The notes beneath the pieces are model-generated. The model did not search any database. It was not told where the DNA came from and saw only the letters and a program-made list of their open reading frames with translations. The translations under genes and the position numbers were made by a program. From contig JBMOJJ010000001.1 in NCBI GenBank assembly GCA_049315845.1, positions 1 to 50,969 of the forward strand: 50,969 nt of DNA, written 5' to 3'. Of this stretch, positions 39,929 through 50,000 are shown piece by piece (the stretch's first letter is position 1; the number at the start of each line of letters is the position of its first letter). This DNA is from Rhodoferax sp. Lineage in GTDB: Bacteria > Pseudomonadota > Gammaproteobacteria > Burkholderiales > Burkholderiaceae_C.

Positions 39929-41302
39929 TCAGCGCTGAAGCAAGGCATTGACGACCTCGAGCTTTGGCTCGTTCAAGTCGCCGCTCAAGGCATGCAGTCG
40001 CAACTGACTGAGCAGCAAATCGACGCGCGCTTGCAGCAGGGACAGTTCCGCGCTGCTGGCGTCGTTCTCTGCCTGCAGCAGATCCAGCGTTGTGCGGTCA
40101 CCCACCTGCCGGCCAAGACGGGTCGCATCCAACCTGGCAAGACTGGCCTTGTGAGCCTCACCCAAGGCCGTCAGGCGGCTGCTGCCGGTCTGGATCCCCA
40201 GCCAGGCGGTCCGGGTTTGCTGGCTGATCTGCTGGCGCGCACGCTCAAGCTCGGCACTGGCCTTTTCCTGCAGGCGCAGTGCTTCATCCTGCCTGGCACT
40301 GCGATAGCCTCCGGTGTACAAAGGCACGTTCAGCTGAAGCCCTATCATTTGCTGGCTGGCGGTGTTGCTGGCAGAGCCGAAGTTCCCGTTGCCGCTGAGC
40401 TGATCGCGCCCAGCCTGGGCCACCAGGTCCAGTGTTGTCGCACCCGCCGCGCTGTATTTGGCAAGTTCCTGCTGCGATACCTGCAGATTGGCCGCCTGCA
40501 TGCGCAAGAACAGATTCTTGTCCATGGCTTGAGCCAGCCAATAGGGCAAGGGTTGCAGGCTTGACGGCACCACATTGCTTGCTGGCGGCAAGCCCTGAAC
40601 AGAGGGATTGGGGACCCCGGTGGCGTCGGTCAGGGCGTTCAGCGCCAGAGCCAGTTCATCCTGCGCGGAAAGAACCTGGGCCTGCAGAACATGCGCTCGA
40701 GCCGATGCCTCGTAAGTGTCGGTGACAGGCTTGTCGCCGAGAGAGAAACGGTCCTTCGCCTCGACCCGGGCCAGATCAACCGCCTTTTGTTGTTCGCGCA
40801 ACAGCGCCAGCTTGTTGTCAGCCAGCACCACGCCAAAATAGCGTTGCGCCGTTTGCAGCATCAGGTCTTGCTGCGCGACTTGCCACTCCAGCTCGGACAC
40901 CTCGACCGAGATCTCCAACTGGCGGCTTTGCGCCTTGCGTTCCGGATTCAACAGTGGCTGACGCGCACTGAGCGCCCAGCGGCTTGAATTGCCATTGTTG
41001 ATGGAGCTTGCAAAACCCACGCCGTCGGATGTGCCAAAGCCCGGAGCGGAAAAATGGGCGCCCGTCATCTCGGTCTCGCTGTTCATCCGTCCTGCGGTGG
41101 CGCTGAGCATCACCGCCGGGCGCCAAAGCGACGCCGCCTGCTCTTTGCGGGTTTGTCCCGCCTGGCGCGAGGCCTGCGAAACGGCAGCCTGCGGATCGTG
41201 CTGGGCTGTGGCCTGCCACGCCTCCAGCAGATCCATGGCTTGAGCGGAAACAGAACCGATCAGAACGGCGCCGGCAAAGAGTCGTTTGAATTTTTTCTTC
41301 AT
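39929..41302 (-). CDS. TolC-family outer membrane efflux protein
   Basis: Signal peptide, DLLEAW..HDP, QPL.N, NVPLYTGG and G.RTTLDLL.A. Confidence 0.92.
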   Translation of the reverse strand: MKKKFKRLFAGAVLIGSVSAQAMDLLEAWQATAQHDPQAAVSQASRQAGQTRKEQAASLWRPAVMLSATAGRMNSETEMTGAHFSAPGFGTSDGVGFASSINNGNSSRWALSARQPLLNPERKAQSRQLEISVEVSELEWQVAQQDLMLQTAQRYFGVVLADNKLALLREQQKAVDLARVEAKDRFSLGDKPVTDTYEASARAHVLQAQVLSAQDELALALNALTDATGVPNPSVQGLPPASNVVPSSLQPLPYWLAQAMDKNLFLRMQAANLQVSQQELAKYSAAGATTLDLVAQAGRDQLSGNGNFGSASNTASQQMIGLQLNVPLYTGGYRSARQDEALRLQEKASAELERARQQISQQTRTAWLGIQTGSSRLTALGEAHKASLARLDATRLGRQVGDRTTLDLLQAENDASSAELSLLQARVDLLLSQLRLHALSGDLNEPKLEVVNALLQR

Positions 41303-41313
41303 TGTGCCGATCC

Positions 41314-41733
41314 CTAAAGATTGGATTGAATCCAGCGCAGCAGTTCGGGGGCCGACAAGGCGCCCGAGAGTCGCGCCTTTTCCTTGCCCTGATCAAACAG
41401 GACCAGGGTCGGAATGCTGCGAATCGCATAGCGGGCGCTCGCCAGCGGGCATGCCTCGGTGTCTACCTTGACGAAGCGCACCTTGGGCATCTGGCGCGCT
41501 GCGATGACGAACTGCGGCGCCATCATCTTGCACGGACCGCACCACTCGGCCCAGAAATCAACGACCACGGGCAGTTCGGTGCCCGCCAGGAAGGCGGGCA
41601 GATCCTGATCGTTCATTTCAGACGGCTCAGCGGCCATGATGTCTTTTGCGCAGCGCCCGCAAGCCAGTTCATGGCCCAGCTTGTCTGGCGGGACGCGGTT
41701 CCTGACGCCACAGTTCGGGCAGACCAAAAGCAT
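41314..41733 (-). CDS. trxC: Thioredoxin 2 with an N-terminal zinc ribbon
   Basis: CPNC...CGRC zinc site plus WCGPC. Confidence 0.92.
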   Translation of the reverse strand: MLLVCPNCGVRNRVPPDKLGHELACGRCAKDIMAAEPSEMNDQDLPAFLAGTELPVVVDFWAEWCGPCKMMAPQFVIAARQMPKVRFVKVDTEACPLASARYAIRSIPTLVLFDQGKEKARLSGALSAPELLRWIQSNL

Positions 41734-41746
41734 CGGGCGCTCGCTA

Positions 41747-41956
41747 TCAGTTGCCTGAACTCAGACCCAGCTTTTGCATGATGGTTTCCATCAGACACCA
41801 CTTGGTCAGTCCGCTTTGCAGCAGGTTGACGCCGACAAAAGCGGTGAATGCGAGCCACCACTGGCTCATGAAGATCGGGCTGCCGGGGATACCCAGGGCC
41901 AGCGACAGGAGAATGAAAGTGCCTGCGACGACACGAACGGCTTGCCAGGATGTCAT
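41747..41956 (-). CDS. DUF2892 (YgaP-like) small membrane protein
   Basis: R..AG..IL.S, W....FVG.NLLQSG.T.WC.M...LG pattern; AAGGA RBS. Confidence 0.88.
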   Translation of the reverse strand: MTSWQAVRVVAGTFILLSLALGIPGSPIFMSQWWLAFTAFVGVNLLQSGLTKWCLMETIMQKLGLSSGN

Positions 41957-42020
41957 GGTTTTTTCCTTGAAAAAGTTGATAGACAGAGAAACAGAACAGA
42001 TGGGCGCGAACGGATGAAAT

Positions 42021-45000
42021 TCAATCGGCGACGACTTGATCGAGATGGCTGCGGTAAGCGACGTAATACAGCGTCGGGATCACGACCAGCGTCAACACGG
42101 TTGAAACAAAGATGCCGAAGATCAGCGATATCGCAAGCCCGTTGAAGATCGGGTCATCCAGGATGAAGAAGGCGCCTAGCATCGCCGCCAGGCCGGTCAG
42201 CATGATGGGCTGCGCCCTGGTAATGGCCGAATGCACAATCGCGCTCTTGAAAGGCACACCCTCCCGCACCTGCAGCCGGATGAAGTCGACGAGCAGGATG
42301 GAGTTGCGAACAATGATGCCTGCCAGTGCGATCATGCCGATCATGCTGGTGGCCGTGTACTGGGCGCCCAGCAACGCATGGCCCGGCATCACGCCGATGA
42401 TGGTCAATGGAATCGGGGCCATGATGATCAGTGGTATCAGGTAGGAACCGAACTGCGCGACCACCAGCAGATAGATCAGGATCAGGCCGACGGCGTAGGC
42501 TGCGCCCATGTCCCGGAACGTCTCGTAGGTGATCTGCCATTCGCCGTCCCACTTGAGCGCGTAGTCCCGGGTGGCGTCCTCGGGCTGCCGGATAAAGTAT
42601 TCGACGATGGGGCCACCGCCGGGTGTTTGCAGTTTGGCGATCTCGCTGCGCATCTGGAACATGCCGTACAGGGGACTGTCGATCTTGCCGGCCATGTCGC
42701 CGACGACAAAGTTCACCGGCAGCAAGTCCTTGTGATACACCGGCTGCTCGCGCACGGTATCACTCACGGTCACCAGTTCGCTGATGCGCACCAGCTTGCC
42801 GGAGGCCGCGCGAACACCCAATTGCAGCAGCGCGTCCAGATCGCCCTGACTGGTCTCGGGCAGCTGCAGCATGACCGGTGCCGGGTAGCGGCTGGCATCG
42901 TGCATGTAGGTGGCGGCCTCGCCCGCCAGACCCGCCCTGAGTGTTGTCACGATGGCCTGCTGCGGCACGCCAAGCAGCGCCGCCTTGCGCCGGTCCACCA
43001 ACAGGAGCTTGCGCGGCGCAGCAGAAATGCTGCTGTCGTCCACGTCCACGATGTCAGGGGTTTTCTCGAACACTGCTCGCACCGCCTTGGCGACGCTGAG
43101 CCGGCCAGAGGCTTCCGGGCCATAGATCTCGGCCACCAGCGGCGACATCACCGGCGGTCCCGGTGGAACTTCCACGACCTTGACGTTGGCGCCCATCTTC
43201 CGGCCGATTTTCTGCAGCGCGGGGCGCAGCCGGGTGGCGATGGCGTGGCTTTGTTCGCTGCGATGGTGCTTGTCGACCAGATTGACCTGGATGTCGCCGA
43301 CGTCGCCGCCGGCACGAAGATAGTATTGACGCACCAAGCCGTTGAAGTTGATCGGCGCGGCCGTTCCCGCGTAAGCATGGTAATCGGTCACCTCCGGCAC
43401 GGCCGACAGGTAGCCGCCCAATTCTCGCAACACTGCAGCCGTCTTCTCAACCGGTGTGCCTGCAGGCATGTCGACGATGACCTGAAACTCGGACTTGTTG
43501 TCCAGCGGCAGCATCTTCAGCAAAACCAGACCGGTGGCCGGCAAGGCGATCGAGATGACAATCAGCACCAGAATGCCAAGACCCAGCAGGCCGCGGTTGC
43601 GTTTGCCGCTCTTTTCGTCCAGCAAGGGCTTGAACACGCGCTGAAACAGCGGACCGAGCTTGCCGCTCAACCCTTTTGGCGAGTGCGCATGCGCATCGGC
43701 AGCATGGGTTGCAGGGTGAACCTTCATCCACAACCTTGACAGCCACGGCGTGACCATGAATGCGATGGCCAGCGACAGCAACATGCCCATGCTGGCGTTG
43801 ATCGGGATCGGGCTCATGTAGGGCCCCATCAAGCCCGACACAAAGGCCATGGGAAGGAGCGCGGCGATCACGGTGAAGGTCGCCAGGATGGTGGGTCCAC
43901 CGACTTCGTCCACCGCGCCGGGAATGATCTCGGCCAGTGTCTTGCCGGGATGGTGTTGCTGGTGGCGGTGAATGTTCTCCACCACCACGATCGCGTCATC
44001 GACCAGGATGCCGATCGAAAATATCAGTGCGAACAGCGACACGCGGTTCAGTGTGAAGCCCCAGGCCCAGGAAGCAAAGAGCGTCACCATCAGCGTGAGA
44101 ATCACCGCCGTACCGACGATGGCCGCCTCGCGCCGACCCAGTGTCAGAAACACCAGCGCAACGACCGAGGCGGTTGCAAACAGCAGCTTTTGAATCAGCT
44201 TCTGTGCCTTGTCATTGGCGGTCGCACCGTAGTTGCGGGTCTCGGCCACCTGCACGGAGTCCGGTATCACGGTGTTGCGCAACTGATCGACACGGCGCAT
44301 CACCGCATTGGCCACGTCGATGGCGTTCTCGCCCGGCTTCTTGGTAACCGTCAGGGTGACGGCCGGGAACTCAGCGCCGCCGTCTTTCTTCGCTTGTCCA
44401 TACCAGGCATAACGGGTGCTGGGCAAAGGGCCGTCCTGAATGTCGGCAACGTCCTTCATGAAAACCGGCTTGCCGTTTTGCACGCCCACAACCAGTTCAG
44501 CCACTTCACGCGCCTGTTCCAGGAAAGGGCCGGACTCGATCGCCACGCTTCGGTTGCCCGCAATCAGTTCGCCCACGGGCAAGCCCAGATTCGCGGACTG
44601 CAGCGCGTTGCGCAGGTCGCCCACGGTGATTCCACTGCCCGCCATGCGCGCCGGGTCGATGCGAACCATGACGGAGCTTCCCGGGCCGCCGATGGTTTCC
44701 ACCTCGCGCGTACCGTTGACACGCTTGATCTCGGCCTCGATGCTGTGGGCGACGCGTTCGAGCTCGAGCGGGCTGGTCGCGGCGTTCTTGCTGTACAGCG
44801 TCAAACTCACAATCGGCACATCGTCGATGCCCTTGGGCTTGATGATGGGCTCCAGCACGCCCAGGCCGCGCGGCAGCCAGTTGGCGTTGGAGCGCAGCGT
44901 GTCGTGCAGACGAACCAGCGCCTCGGTGCGCGGCACGCCAACTTTGAACTGCACGGTCAGAATGGCCAGACCAGGGCGCGAGACCGACATCACATGTTCG

Positions 45001-45257
45001 GTTCCGGCCATTTGGGACAGCACCTGCTCGGCCGGTGTTGCCACCATCTGCTCGACGTCCGCCACCGCTGCGCCAGGAAACGGAATCAGCACATTGGCCA
45101 TCGTGACATTGATTTGCGGCTCTTCTTCACGCGGCGTGACAAGCACGGCAAAAGCGCCCAGCAGCAGAGCCAGCAGGGCCAGCAAGGGAGTGATGTGCGC
45201 GCTCTGGAACTGCGCTGCAATCCGCCCCGAGATCCCCATTTTTGTGGACTTGCTCAT
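42021..45257 (-). CDS. RND efflux transporter permease subunit
   Basis: 1078 aa; PREEEPQI, LIFSIGILVDDAIVVVENI, GIIVRNSILLVDF and RAQPIMLT. Confidence 0.95.
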   Translation of the reverse strand: MSKSTKMGISGRIAAQFQSAHITPLLALLALLLGAFAVLVTPREEEPQINVTMANVLIPFPGAAVADVEQMVATPAEQVLSQMAGTEHVMSVSRPGLAILTVQFKVGVPRTEALVRLHDTLRSNANWLPRGLGVLEPIIKPKGIDDVPIVSLTLYSKNAATSPLELERVAHSIEAEIKRVNGTREVETIGGPGSSVMVRIDPARMAGSGITVGDLRNALQSANLGLPVGELIAGNRSVAIESGPFLEQAREVAELVVGVQNGKPVFMKDVADIQDGPLPSTRYAWYGQAKKDGGAEFPAVTLTVTKKPGENAIDVANAVMRRVDQLRNTVIPDSVQVAETRNYGATANDKAQKLIQKLLFATASVVALVFLTLGRREAAIVGTAVILTLMVTLFASWAWGFTLNRVSLFALIFSIGILVDDAIVVVENIHRHQQHHPGKTLAEIIPGAVDEVGGPTILATFTVIAALLPMAFVSGLMGPYMSPIPINASMGMLLSLAIAFMVTPWLSRLWMKVHPATHAADAHAHSPKGLSGKLGPLFQRVFKPLLDEKSGKRNRGLLGLGILVLIVISIALPATGLVLLKMLPLDNKSEFQVIVDMPAGTPVEKTAAVLRELGGYLSAVPEVTDYHAYAGTAAPINFNGLVRQYYLRAGGDVGDIQVNLVDKHHRSEQSHAIATRLRPALQKIGRKMGANVKVVEVPPGPPVMSPLVAEIYGPEASGRLSVAKAVRAVFEKTPDIVDVDDSSISAAPRKLLLVDRRKAALLGVPQQAIVTTLRAGLAGEAATYMHDASRYPAPVMLQLPETSQGDLDALLQLGVRAASGKLVRISELVTVSDTVREQPVYHKDLLPVNFVVGDMAGKIDSPLYGMFQMRSEIAKLQTPGGGPIVEYFIRQPEDATRDYALKWDGEWQITYETFRDMGAAYAVGLILIYLLVVAQFGSYLIPLIIMAPIPLTIIGVMPGHALLGAQYTATSMIGMIALAGIIVRNSILLVDFIRLQVREGVPFKSAIVHSAITRAQPIMLTGLAAMLGAFFILDDPIFNGLAISLIFGIFVSTVLTLVVIPTLYYVAYRSHLDQVVAD

Positions 45258-45258
45258 C

Positions 45259-46323
45259 TCAGCGCACCTTCGCCGCGGCCTGCGGGTCAGCCGCTATTTT
45301 TTCGCCCTTTTCAACGCCGCTGAGGACTTCGATCCGGTCGCCCTGTGCTCGACCCAGCCGGACCTGGCGCAGCGCCGGTCGTCCCTGTTCATTCACCACA
45401 TAGAGGCCCGTCATCTCGGAACGGCGCACCACGGAGCGGATCGGCACATAGAGGCGTTCGTTGACCACCCCCGGCTGGCCCGGGGCGCTGGCTGCCATCC
45501 AGACACGTGCAAACATGCCGGGCGTGACGCCCTTGAGGCTGTCTGGCAAGGAAAGCCTGATCTGGGCGGTGTGGGTGGCCGCATCGACCGTCGGCAAAAG
45601 CTTGACCAGGGTGGGCGACATCAGCCCCTGCGCGGCCATCAGGCCGGGTATTTCGAACTGGACCGCCGACGTGCTCTCGACAGAGGCGGCCAGGCTGGAG
45701 GGCACCGCCGCCGTGACCCGCAGCGCTGCGGGGTCGTGCATGACAATCAGCGGGTGACCCGGCATCGCCATGTCACCGATCGCCACTGGCACATCGCTGA
45801 CGATGCCGGCATAGGGCGCGTTGATCACGAAGAACCTCGATTGGGTTTGGGCCGCGCTGGACTGCGCCTGCAGTGCTTTCAGTTGGGCATCGGCGGCCTG
45901 AAACTGGGCCAGTGCCCGGTCCAGCGCAGATTGGCTTATGTACTGCTTTTGAAACAGTTGCTTTTGTCGTTCGTAGTCCTTGGATGTCACATTCACCGCG
46001 GCGCGCGCCGCCTCGACCTGCGCAACGCTGGCGGCTGCGTTCTGGTCGGCAGCGCGGGCATCCATGCGCACCAGTTCCTGTCCGGCGCGGACCCGGTCAC
46101 CGGCCTTCACGTTCAGCGCAATGATCGCTCCGGCCACCTGGGCCGACAGCGTGGATTGCCGGACAGCCTCGACGACGCCGTCATAACTCACGCGGTCGCC
46201 AGCAGAAGACCCCGACGTCTGAACAGACACCGTGGCAAGGGCGGCGGAATCAGCCGCCGATGCCGACGGGACTGCCGCAAGTCCGGCGACAAGCAACGCG
46301 GCCAATAAAGGGGTTTTCAACAT
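45259..46323 (-). CDS. RND periplasmic adaptor (membrane fusion protein)
   Basis: Signal peptide, AQVAG.I..L.VKAGDRV..GQ, INAPYAG.V and PGMFAR. Confidence 0.93.
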   Translation of the reverse strand: MLKTPLLAALLVAGLAAVPSASAADSAALATVSVQTSGSSAGDRVSYDGVVEAVRQSTLSAQVAGAIIALNVKAGDRVRAGQELVRMDARAADQNAAASVAQVEAARAAVNVTSKDYERQKQLFQKQYISQSALDRALAQFQAADAQLKALQAQSSAAQTQSRFFVINAPYAGIVSDVPVAIGDMAMPGHPLIVMHDPAALRVTAAVPSSLAASVESTSAVQFEIPGLMAAQGLMSPTLVKLLPTVDAATHTAQIRLSLPDSLKGVTPGMFARVWMAASAPGQPGVVNERLYVPIRSVVRRSEMTGLYVVNEQGRPALRQVRLGRAQGDRIEVLSGVEKGEKIAADPQAAAKVR

Positions 46324-46374
46324 CCGTCACTCCTGAGCCACCCGAAATTCGGTAGCGGTTTAAAACAATCCAAC

Positions 46375-46404
46375 TATTTGACTAATTACCTATTTAGTTG
46401 AATA
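46375..46404. promoter_or_regulatory. AT-rich inverted repeat, probable ArsR operator overlapping the divergent promoters
   Basis: TATTTGACTAA-N8-TTAGTTGAATA (arms match at 9 of 11) in the only AT-rich patch between the adaptor gene and the regulator. Confidence 0.55.
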
Positions 46405-46452
46405 ATACATCAAATATCTCCATCTGACAAGCCGTGGGATCGAGTTGATATC

Positions 46453-46824
46453 ATGAACGATGAACATTTGAAGGGATGCCGCTTGATGGAAAATCTGCCC
46501 GCTGAAGCCATGCTGGAAGTGGCGGCCTATTTTCAGGCGCTGTCAGAGCCGACGCGCTTGAAAATTCTCAATTTCCTCAGGGTCGGAGAGCACAATGTCG
46601 GCGAACTGGCCCAGTTGTGCGGTTCGACAGCAGCCAACGTTTCGCGTCATCTGGCGCTGCTGAGCAAACACGGCCTGGTTGAGCGGGAGAGCCGCGGCAC
46701 CAGCGTGTATTACCGCATTGCGGATGAGTCAATCTATGCCCTGTGCGACCTGGTTTGTGGCAATATTTCTCGGCAAATGGACCGCAGCACGAAGAAGCGC
46801 CAGGCCTTCGTGCAAGGGCTTTGA
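46453..46824 (+). CDS. ArsR/SmtB family transcriptional regulator
   Basis: F.ALSEPTRLKIL, VGELA, ANVSRHL..L...GLV..E.RG..VYY and LCDLVC. Start may be ATG 46486. Confidence 0.92.
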   Translation: MNDEHLKGCRLMENLPAEAMLEVAAYFQALSEPTRLKILNFLRVGEHNVGELAQLCGSTAANVSRHLALLSKHGLVERESRGTSVYYRIADESIYALCDLVCGNISRQMDRSTKKRQAFVQGL

Positions 46825-47062
46825 ACCGCTGAGGCAGGCCCCGGCTAGCCGCGATTGGGCGGTCGCGGTCGAAACCTGCGCGGCAACTGCGGGATCCTCA
46901 GACCCAACGCGGCATCCTCGGACCAAGCGACTCAAGAAGCAAGAGAAGGCAATCAGGGCTTCATTTCAGCCGTTCAATGCTGACGCGCGCCGTAGATAAT
47001 TTTGTCAGCCTGTGCCAATTCAGTGCCGGCGAATTCAGGGACAAGTCCGGCCGGCGTTTGAC

Positions 47063-50000
47063 ATGAACCTCACTACCTTCCAGCGGCACTCACTCAAGAC
47101 GCGCGTCACGCTGTTCACACTGGTCATATTTCTGGTCAGCATCTGGTCGCTGCAGTACATCGCCAGCCGGATGCTGCACCGCGACATGGAGCAATCGCTG
47201 GGCGAGCAGCAGTTTTCGACGGTCGCGCTGATTGCTGACGAGATCAATGCAGACCTGGCCGATCGCCTGCGGGCATTGGAGAGGATTGCCGAGGCAACAG
47301 AGCAGGCGATGCTGGACAATCCGGCGGCCTTGCGGACTTCTTTGGAAGGCCGTCTGCTGCTCCAGGGATTTTTCAATGGAGGCGTTTTCGTCGCTGGTGT
47401 CGACGGCGTCGTGATCGCCTCCACACAACCGCTCATGGTACCGCCCGGCCTCAGCGTCGGGGATCGCGACTACATGATCGCAGCCTTGAAAGAGGGCAGG
47501 ACATCCATCGGCCAGCCCGTCCTGGGCAGACAGCAGTCGCTCCCGATCCTGGCGATGGCGGCACCCATTCGCAACGCCCGGACTCAGGTCATCGGCGCGG
47601 TCGTGGGAGTAACCAGCTTGAGTCTGCCCAATTTCCTGGACAGGATTTCTCAGAATCGCTACGGCAAGAGCGGCAATTACCTGCTTGTTGCAGGGCAGCA
47701 CCGCTTGATCGTCACCGCCTCCGAAAAGAGCCGCGTGATGGAAATACTTCCAAAGCCCGGCATCAACCAGAAGCTCGACCGCTTCATCAATGGCTACGAG
47801 GGGACTGACACGCTTGTCAACCCCCTCGGTGTCGAAGTGTTCACCGCAGTCAAGCACGTTCCGATAGCGGCCTGGTACGTTGCTGCCACGCTGCCGACCG
47901 CGGATGCGTTTGCTCCGGTCCACGCACTGCTGCAACGCACCACAGGCGCGGCAGTCCTGCTCACGCTGCTGGCCGGCGGCCTGATCTGGTTGATGCTGAG
48001 GCGCCAGCTCGAGCCCCTGCAGGCAACCGCCAGAACCCTGGCGACATGGTCCGACGGGAAGCAGACACTTCATCCTTTGCCTGTCACCCGTCAAGATGAA
48101 ATTGGTCAATTGATCACTGGCTTTAATCGACTGTTGGCCGACCTCGGGCAACGCCAGGAATGGTTGAAACTAAGTGAGTCGCGCTTCAGGACGATGTTCA
48201 GCGAGGCACCGATGGGCATCGCATTGATTGGCTCGCTGACCGGTCATATCTACGAAGTCAATCCAATGTTCGCCCGGATTTCAGGCCGAAGCGTGGAGGA
48301 AATGACAGGCATCGACTGGATGAGCATCACGCACCCTGACGATGTGCGGCAGGACCTGGACCAGCTGGCGCTGATGAACGCCGGCAGGATAGCCAGCTTC
48401 CAGATGGAAAAACGCTTTCTTCGCAAGGACGGTGAACTGGCGTGGATCGATATGAGGATTGCTCCGATCTATGTCGAAGATAGCGCGCACCCGCGTCATA
48501 TTTGCATGATAGAGGACATCAGCGAGCGCAAGAGGAACGAAGAGACTGTGCGTGAAAAAAGTGAGCAATTGCGCCTGTTGTATGGAGCCAGCCAGCGATT
48601 GAACCGCACCCTGGACCTCGATGAAATCTACAGGGCGATCAATGATTTCATTTCTGTCATTGCTCCCAACGACAGCTTCTCAATCTCGGCGTTTGATCCA
48701 GACACCCAACTGATCGCGTGCCGGGCCTACTTCATGGACAAGCAGCCGGTTGACGTCGGTGCTTTTCCATCGATCCCGCTGGAAGCACAAGGCCAGGGGA
48801 CTCAAAGCATTGTTATTCGCTCGGGCCAGCCCCTTTTGATCGGTGACTATCAAGCCCGCGTGAAAACGGCGAAAACCAGCTATTTTGTGGACGATCAGAC
48901 CCACGAGCTGGTCCGGCAGGTTGACCCGGAAGAGGAAGTCATACAGTCGGCGCTGATCGTGCCGCTCAAGGTCGGCGGCCAGGTCACAGGCGTGATCCAG
49001 GTGATGAGCTGTCGCCCGAACGCCTACACCGAAGACCAACTCAAACTGCTGGAATCGCTGGCCTTGCACGCAGCCTCGGCCGAACAAAATGCCATCCTGT
49101 TCGCAAAGATGCAATTTGAATTGGCCGAGCGGAAAGTGGCCGAGGCCGCGCTGCGCGAGCGCGAACAGCTGTTGCGTGAATCGCAGAGGGCAGCGAATAT
49201 TGGCAGCTACATCAACCATCTGGAAGCCGGGACCTTTGAATGCACGGCGGCTCTGGATGATATTTTTGGAATCACCGGGGACTACCCGCACACCAATCAA
49301 GGCTGGTTGGATTTCATGCACCCCGATTTCACGGAAGTCTTGCAGAATGCTCTTTCGGAATCGGTCCAGAACAAGAAGCCCTTTGATTCCGAGTACAAGA
49401 TCATCCGGCCCCGTGATGGGGCGCAGCGCTGGATGCATGGACTCGGAGAGATTGCCTATGACCATCGCGGCAAGGCCGTCAGCATGGTGGGCACCGTTCA
49501 GGACATAACCGAACGCAAGGTCGCCGAGGAACAACTTCGTAAACTGTCGCTGGCGATTGAACAAAGCCCGAACTCCATCGTCATCACCGACATCGCTTCC
49601 AGGATCGAATACGTCAATGATGCGTTTGTGAAAGTGACTGGATACAGCCGCGAGGAGGCCGTCGGTCAAACCCCCCACATCCTGCAATCGGGCAAGACGC
49701 CATCCAAAACCTATGTCCGGATGTGGCAGGCGTTGGGCAAGGGCAAGGTATGGAAGGGCGAGTTCTGCAACAGGACCAAGAACGGGCGCGAATTTGACGA
49801 GTTTGCGATCATTTCCCCGCTGCGTCAGTCCGATGGGCGTGTGACCCATTACGTTGCGGTCAAGGAGGACCTGACCGAGCGCAAGGCGGCCGAAGAGCAG
49901 ATTCAGAGCCTGGCCTTCTCGGACCTGCTGACCGGGCTGCCGAATCGGCGCATGCTGATCGTCCAGTTGCAGCAGGTCATGATTGCCAGCGAACACGAGA

